NCBI GenBank assembly: GCA_021824155.1
Contig: JAKALN010000003.1
Coordinates: 1 to 40,111, forward strand
Direction: 5' to 3'
Origin: a bacterium
GTDB lineage: Bacteria > Patescibacteriota > Microgenomatia > Levybacterales > UBA12049
Length of the DNA: 40,111 bases
The translations under genes and the position numbers were made by a program. Of the stretch, positions 35,973 to 40,111 are shown in pieces (positions within the stretch are counted from its first letter, which is position 1; every line of letters begins with the position of its first letter). The notes beneath the pieces are model-generated. The model was not told the origin of the DNA and made no database searches. It worked only from the letters and a program-made list of their open reading frames with translations.

Positions 35973-36025
35973 AAAGATTTAAGAATAAAGATTCATGAGT
36001 CATGAGTCGTAACTTATAAGTAACT

Positions 36026-37060
36026 ATGGCAGATAAAACAAAAAATATAAAGAAAGACGAACAGGAAACACCCGAGGAGGAAGTTCTTTTTACGTCTTTG
36101 CGGGCATCGGACTGGAAAGAATTTTACGGACAAAAGAAATTAAAGGAATCATTAAGAATAGCAATCTCCGCGGCTAAAAAAAGAAACGAATCAATTGAAC
36201 ATATCCTTCTTTATGGCCCTCCGGGTTTAGGAAAAACAACACTATCCCATTTAATAGCAAAAGAAATGGGGGTTAATATAAGAATTACTTCGGGGCCGGC
36301 AATAGAAAGAGCAGGCGACCTGGCTTCTATTCTGACTAATTTAGAAAAAGGGGACATACTATTTATAGACGAGATACACAGGCTCAACAAAGTAGTTGAG
36401 GAAACTTTGTACCCGGCTATGGAGGATTATGCTTTAGATATAATCCTTGGTAAAGGACCCAGCGCCAGAACCCTAAGGATGGATTTGCCTCAATTTACAA
36501 TAATAGGGGCAACAACAAGAATTGGCCTTTTGTCCGCGCCCCTTAGAGACAGATTTGGAGTAATCCACAGACTTTCTTTTTATGAGCCAAAAGATTTGGA
36601 AGAAATAATAGAAAAGGCAGCATTAAAATTAAAAGTTCCGGTAGATAAAGAATCAATATTAGAAATTGCAAAAAGAGCAAGGGGAACGCCAAGAATTGCG
36701 TTAAAACTTTTAAAAAGAGCAAGGGATTATGTTCAGGTTAAAGGGGAAGGAAAACTTACAAAAGGTTTAATTAAAGAGGCACTGGATATGCTGGAGGTGG
36801 ACGAAGTCGGTTTGGATTCTTCTGATGTAAGATACCTTAAATCCATAATAGAAAAACACGGCGGAGGACCGGTTGGAGTTGAAACAATTGCTTCGACAAT
36901 ATCGGAAGATATAGGAACAATAGAAGAAGTAATAGAGCCCTATCTTCTTCAAATAGGATTTCTTAAAAAAACAACAAGAGGAAGAGTTGCAACCCCTGCT
37001 GCCTATAAGCATTTGGGAATGGCTTTGCCGAAAGAAAACAAACAGGAGAAACTACTTTAA
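36026..37060 (+). CDS. ruvB: Holliday junction branch migration helicase
   Basis: [40 protein letters not shown]. Confidence 0.98.
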   Translation: MADKTKNIKKDEQETPEEEVLFTSLRASDWKEFYGQKKLKESLRIAISAAKKRNESIEHILLYGPPGLGKTTLSHLIAKEMGVNIRITSGPAIERAGDLASILTNLEKGDILFIDEIHRLNKVVEETLYPAMEDYALDIILGKGPSARTLRMDLPQFTIIGATTRIGLLSAPLRDRFGVIHRLSFYEPKDLEEIIEKAALKLKVPVDKESILEIAKRARGTPRIALKLLKRARDYVQVKGEGKLTKGLIKEALDMLEVDEVGLDSSDVRYLKSIIEKHGGGPVGVETIASTISEDIGTIEEVIEPYLLQIGFLKKTTRGRVATPAAYKHLGMALPKENKQEKLL

Positions 37061-37711
37061 TTCTTCCAGAATTACAACTTCGGAATTCGTAACCAGTTTT
37101 TTAAAATTTTCTTCGGTGTCTTTGTACTTTTCTCCTAAAAACCTTCTATAATGCATTGGAATTGTAAATTCTGCTTTTATCGTATTTGCTGCGGCAGCTG
37201 CTTCTTTTTCGTCCATTGTATAATGGCCTCCTATCGGAAGCATGGCAATATATAAATGCATATCCGTAAGGCTTTTCATTTCGGGAATAAAATCCGTATC
37301 TCCGGCATGATACACTTGTTTTCCGTTTAACTCAAAAATGTATCCGACCCAGTTATTTTCTTTAGGATGAAAGGCAAGTTTTTCCGGGTGATTGTTGTAA
37401 GCAGGAATGGTTTGGAATTTAAATTCTTTTACTTCATATTTGGCATTGGGCTCAACAAGTAATTTCCTATCTTCGGAGATATCAATTTTTTCCAAAATAT
37501 CCGGGGGCGCAATAATAATAGTATCCTCTTTTATTATTTTTTGAATATCCGTTTGGGAAAAATGGTCGGGATGGGCATGGGTAATAAAAATCAAATCGGC
37601 TTCTTCAAGCTTTTGAGGCTTTAAATCGAAAGGGTCAACATAATATATTCTATTGCCGTTTTCATCGACAAAAGAAAAACTTGCATGTCCAAACCAGTTA
37701 ATGTTTTCCAT
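37052..37711 (-). CDS. MBL-fold metallo-hydrolase
   Basis: [36 protein letters not shown]. Confidence 0.93.
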   Translation of the reverse strand: MENINWFGHASFSFVDENGNRIYYVDPFDLKPQKLEEADLIFITHAHPDHFSQTDIQKIIKEDTIIIAPPDILEKIDISEDRKLLVEPNAKYEVKEFKFQTIPAYNNHPEKLAFHPKENNWVGYIFELNGKQVYHAGDTDFIPEMKSLTDMHLYIAMLPIGGHYTMDEKEAAAAANTIKAEFTIPMHYRRFLGEKYKDTEENFKKLVTNSEVVILEELK

Positions 37712-37751
37712 AAGGTATTATAATAGCAGATTGTTAAACTACTGTAAAAAA

Positions 37752-38165
37752 TTATCTTCTCGGATGGCTTTGGTGGCTTATTCCTCCTCGGTCTTGATTT
37801 GCCCTGCCTCTTCTGCAATTTCCCAGACTTTTTCCTTCGGTACCTGTTGGGGCTAAAAATTCACCCTCCCGGATTTCTTCACCCGGATAGGTAAAAACAA
37901 TGCCGGCGCGGGGTCTGCTGTCTATGTCTCTAGATTTTCTGCGGCCTTCGCTTCTGCTTTTCCCGTCGTCTCCGCTTCTGATTCTTTCCGCTCTTCGTCC
38001 TCCGATATTGCCATTTGCCAGTTCTCTGGGGCTCGGGTCGGAATCTGTTTTGTGAGACGGCTTGGCTTCAGAGGTTGGCGAGCCGTATAAAACTCTTCGA
38101 ATCTGGTCAAGAGAAGCCGGTTGGGCATTTTGATAAATTCTAAAAAGTCTGTCAGGCGAACCCAT
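37752..38165 (-). CDS. Hypothetical protein (reading frame uncertain)
   Basis: 137-aa ORF fills the gap between the MBL gene and comM. Overlapping alternative frames exist. Confidence 0.45.
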   Translation of the reverse strand: MGSPDRLFRIYQNAQPASLDQIRRVLYGSPTSEAKPSHKTDSDPSPRELANGNIGGRRAERIRSGDDGKSRSEGRRKSRDIDSRPRAGIVFTYPGEEIREGEFLAPTGTEGKSLGNCRRGRANQDRGGISHQSHPRR

Positions 38166-38203
38166 GTGATTTATATCACTTTATCAAAAAAATATTTTCC
38201 GCG

Positions 38204-39736
38204 TCAATAGGTAATTTCAACTTTTGGCCGGTATTGCAAGCTTTCTGCAATATGCGAAGGTTTAATATCTTTTTCCCCTTCAAGGTCCGCAATTGTTCTG
38301 GATAGTTTTATAATCCGGTGATATGACCTTGCCGATAAATTCATTCTGGCAACAGCCATTTTTAAAAGGGAGACGCAGTCTTTCGATAATCCACAAAATT
38401 TTTTAATATCTTTATTTGTCATTTCCGAGTTTGAAGTTATTTTAATATTCTTAAAACGGTTAAGCTGGATGTCTTTTGCTCTTTGTACCCTTCTTCTTAT
38501 TTGGACCGAAGTTTCCCGTTTTATGCCGTCAGTTGAGGTTAATTTTTCAACTTTTACTGCCGGAACCTCCAAATGTATATCAATTCTGTCAAGCATAGGC
38601 CCGGAAATTCTTTTTTGGTACCTGGCTATTTGGGAAGCGCTACAGCGGCAGGCATGGGTTTTATCCCCAAGATATCCACACGGGCATGGATTCTGCGCCG
38701 CAACAAGCATAAATTTTGAGGGAAACGTGATTCTTCCTTGAGCTCTTGAGATTGTTACAAATCCGTCTTCCATTGGCTGTCTTAATGCTTCCAAAACATG
38801 TCTTGGAAATTCCGGGAATTCATCCAAGAACAAAACTCCTCTGTGGGCAAGTGATATCTCCCCGGGTTTTGGAATAACTCCTCCGCCTATCAGTCCTATA
38901 TAAGAAGTGGTGTGGTGGGGGGAGCGAAACTGCCTTTTTGTGATAATAGTATCTTTATCCAGAAGGCCGGAAATACTGTAAATTTTTGTTACTTCCAGTG
39001 CTTCTTCAAGGCTAAGCCTAGGAAGAATAGAAGGGAGCGTCCTTGCTATAAGAGTTTTTCCCGCTCCCGGAGGTCCTTTAAGCAAAATATTGTGTCCTCC
39101 GGCAGCAGCTATTTCCATGGCTCTTTTAGCTTGTTCCTGTCCTTGGACTTCATTCATATCAAAATCAAATGAGTCATTTTTTAGATATTCGTTTAAACTG
39201 CTGTGTTTAATAGGCAGGATTTTTTCTTCGGACGTCAAATATTTTGCCAAAGACAATAAATTTTTAATGGGATAAACTTCAACCTCTTTTATAATCGCCG
39301 CTTCATTTGAATTTTCAAAAGGGACAAAGGCATTTTTTATTTTTCTTTCTTTTGCCATAATAATTTGGGGCAGAATGCCGTTTGTCTGCCTTAATTTTCC
39401 GTCAAGTGAAAGTTCTCCTGTAAATAAAGAGTTGGAAAAGTCTCCTTTTATTTGTCCTGAAGCGATTAAAATCCCTAAAGCTATAGGTAGGTCATAAGAA
39501 GGGCCTTCTTTTGGAAGGTCTGCCGGAGCAAGGTTTACGGTTATTCTTTTTGCGGGAAATTCCGCCCCCGAATTTTTAATAGCGCTTCTTACTCTTTCTT
39601 TTGATTCTTCAACTGCTTTGTCGGGAAGACCGACAATCGTAAAAGAGGGGAGCCCCTGGGAAGCGATATCTACCTCAACCTCTATGGGGGTTCCGTTTAG
39701 TCCGACTACTGCTGCGGACAAAACTTTGGCGAGCAT
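38204..39736 (-). CDS. comM: ComM/YifB Mg-chelatase-like AAA+ ATPase
   Basis: VGLPDKAVEESKERVRSA, NLAPADLPKEGPSYDLPIA, GPPGAGKT, RSPHHT, LAHRGVLFLDEFPEF, NPCPCG. Confidence 0.96.
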   Translation of the reverse strand: MLAKVLSAAVVGLNGTPIEVEVDIASQGLPSFTIVGLPDKAVEESKERVRSAIKNSGAEFPAKRITVNLAPADLPKEGPSYDLPIALGILIASGQIKGDFSNSLFTGELSLDGKLRQTNGILPQIIMAKERKIKNAFVPFENSNEAAIIKEVEVYPIKNLLSLAKYLTSEEKILPIKHSSLNEYLKNDSFDFDMNEVQGQEQAKRAMEIAAAGGHNILLKGPPGAGKTLIARTLPSILPRLSLEEALEVTKIYSISGLLDKDTIITKRQFRSPHHTTSYIGLIGGGVIPKPGEISLAHRGVLFLDEFPEFPRHVLEALRQPMEDGFVTISRAQGRITFPSKFMLVAAQNPCPCGYLGDKTHACRCSASQIARYQKRISGPMLDRIDIHLEVPAVKVEKLTSTDGIKRETSVQIRRRVQRAKDIQLNRFKNIKITSNSEMTNKDIKKFCGLSKDCVSLLKMAVARMNLSARSYHRIIKLSRTIADLEGEKDIKPSHIAESLQYRPKVEITY

Positions 39737-39742
39737 AAAATT

Positions 39743-39771
39743 AGCGTAACAAAAAGGGGAGAGGTATTCAA
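39743..39771 (-). promoter_or_regulatory. Extended -10 promoter (leaderless) for comM
   Basis: Minus strand TTGAAT (39771-39766), 17 nt, TACGCT (39748-39743) preceded by TG-n; ATG follows 6 nt later. Confidence 0.65.
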
Positions 39772-39793
39772 GGGAAATCCCAAAACAGGATAT

Positions 39794-40111
39794 TTAAATA
39801 TTGTGCGACGCCAAAACGAACTTTTCTATTACTGCCGCAACTCCGTCTTCATCGACTGTTGGAGCAACGAAATCCGCGATTTTTTTAAGCTCGTCATCCG
39901 CGTTTCCCATGGCAACTTTTAGCCCGCAAGCCATAAGAAGCGGAAAATCGTTGTATCCGTCTCCAACCCCGATCATGTCTTTAGTGGATATATTTAAAAG
40001 TTTTGAAACCTCGATAATTCCATGCTGTTTAGTAGCCAGTGCGTGTGAAATTATTACATCCGTCATCCCTTTTTTCCATGAGGGGGCTTTTACGACAGCT
40101 ATGGTTGAAAT
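39794..40111 (-). CDS. Cof-type HAD hydrolase (5' end outside window)
   Basis: ATKQHGI, GVGDGYNDFPLL, VAMGNA, EDGVA; frame is open to the window edge. Confidence 0.9.
   Translation of the reverse strand: MSTIAVVKAPSWKKGMTDVIISHALATKQHGIIEVSKLLNISTKDMIGVGDGYNDFPLLMACGLKVAMGNADDELKKIADFVAPTVDEDGVAAVIEKFVLASHNI

Overview
This is a chromosomal origin region of a bacterium using the standard code (TGA is a stop). Gene content and gene forms suggest Patescibacteria/CPR, probably Microgenomates-like; this is an inference. Left to right it contains: large hypothetical proteins; a cluster of four tRNA genes (Ser-UGA, Ser-GGA, Ser-CGA, Arg-GCG) with a Nudix gene inside it; a monoderm-type T4SS-like locus (VirB6-like, four VirB2/TrbC-type pilins, PrgI/VirB3-like, VirB4 and its partner, a CHAP-like hydrolase) with an AAA-wHTH regulator; dnaN-oriC-dnaA; rpmH-rnpA-yidD-yidC-jag running into surface-glycan genes; nth; a second AAA-wHTH regulator; valS, rplY, ruvCAB, an MBL-fold hydrolase, comM and a partial HAD hydrolase. 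The most unusual signals are non-coding: (1) a conserved 44-bp element upstream of two tRNA-Ser genes that duplicates the tRNA 5' end; (2) a conserved twin-hairpin cassette at the 3' end of two tRNA-Ser genes; (3) an identical 20-bp promoter/start block shared by a T4SS pilin and comM; (4) pervasive leaderless promoter architecture. Glycine-zipper orphan proteins near the T4SS are candidate effectors. All calls come from reading the sequence; no searches were run.
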